62,243 nt of DNA. Origin: Chara braunii. Its lineage: Eukaryota; Plantae; Charophyceae. Location of the stretch: positions 2,836,689 through 2,898,931 of the forward strand of contig BFEA01000031.1 in the NCBI GenBank assembly GCA_003427395.1, written 5' to 3'. The number at the start of each line of letters is the position of its first letter. Within the stretch, counting starts at the first letter, position 1. Shown here piece after piece: positions 61,078 through 62,243 of the stretch. The position numbers and the translations under genes were made by a program. The notes beneath the pieces were generated by a model that searched no databases, was not told where the DNA came from, and worked only from the letters and a program-made list of their open reading frames with translations.

Positions 61078-62243
61078 ATAGGTCGTGAAAGATGAAAGAA
61101 TTTCCGTGAAGAATATAGTGTATTTTTTGAACCACCAGTACTTATGACCCTTTCTTTGCCGAGCCTAGAAATTGCCAAAAAAAGAGAATGGCACAATGCC
61201 ATTTTTTTTTGGCTACTGCCACCAGCGCTTTAGCTCCTGTTGGCAGTGCCCAGCGGTGCATGCACAGCCACGTCGGAGAACTGGTGGAGGAAATCATTGA
61301 AAGGGGTGCAAGGTTCCCCATGGTCTCCCCTTCCCAAAAAAAGGCTTCTCCACATAGGCCGATCTTCGCCCCTAGAGCCAATGGCATGCCAACCACTCAG
61401 CAAAGTAGAAATCCAGCCTACGAAATTCCAATCTAAAAACCTTGAAAATAGAACAAAAAAAAAGTTCCTCTTGTCTGTACACTATTTATTTATAAATCAA
61501 AAATAAACAACCATTGATGATTGAGCCATCCGTATTAGTAAGGTCTTCAGCCAACACAGGTGTGAGTGCATGTGTGAGAAGGTTGTGTGTGGTGTGTGGG
61601 AGAGTGTTGGCTTTAGACACTACTGTTACTCGATGGGGGTGGGGATTCCGAAGATGAAAAGGGAGGCACAGTTACTGGCAAATTCTCAGTCCTTGTGTTA
61701 GCCGGGCCCCTACCAGCGGCCCCAACCCTGCACCCTAAACGGTAGGCGTCGCTAGCCTAAGGGCAAAGGGGCTGACATGCCGTTATCCCTCTCCACCGAG
61801 AGAGGTAACCTCCCTTCACTGAAGAGAGGTAGAAAGCTACGCTTGCTGGGGTCCCCTGCATAGCCTTAGGAGTAGTGGTAGGCTATGTGACACCCGCGGC
61901 CTAGGCCGCGGGCATTTCGGCCGCTGCGGCCGAGATTCTCGGCCGCGGCCGCGGCCGATGAGGCCCAGTCCGCGGCCTGGTTTTTCAATATTCCCCCCCC
62001 CCCCAAAAAAAAAAAACGTTAAAAAACAAATAAAAAATATGGGGGTGTAGGGCTTGAAAAACCCTACGCTCCTATATTTTTTTTTTTGGAATCCGACTTT
62101 GTTTAAGATTAAAAAAAAAAAAAAAAACTAAAATCGATTTAAACATTCTTTTGTTGTCCTCTTCTCTCTCTCTGCCTACGGTTTACCGGGCAGTTCTGTT
62201 TGTGACGATATATGCTACGACTTCGCTAGCTTCCTGCTACGGT

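Noticed and set aside
60742-61881. Direct repeats of about 340 bp as an LTR pair or TRIM
   Set aside because: No TG..CA ends, PPT or TSD were found; a duplicated SINE body fits better.

Overview
Repeat-dense eukaryotic draft scaffold with 9 N-gaps and Nextera mate-pair adapter contamination. Plant-type U6, a chromoviral Ty3/Gypsy, PIF/Harbinger and the microsatellite load suggest a streptophyte alga such as Chara (inference). Two host genes are supported: an intronless GaaA-like D-galacturonate reductase (Gfo/Idh/MocA family, 3093-4352, minus) and a large exon of a SEL1-repeat gene (57347-58937, plus). The rest is nested mobile DNA: a decayed PIF/Harbinger with extra ORFs, many Harbinger MITEs, a MULE, L1/Tx1 3' ends, tRNA-derived SINEs and a Gypsy pol. 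The most interesting signals are RNA-level. (1) A conserved, covarying hairpin/alternative-pseudoknot module sits just upstream of L1 poly(A) tails in about 9 loci and also occurs alone with a TSD. (2) Five U6 snRNA copies lie in two clusters, repeatedly damaged at the ACAGAGA/AGC catalytic core. (3) Tandem hammerhead-ribozyme units separated by (CA)n lie sense within an intron. All homology calls come from motif recognition; no searches were run.
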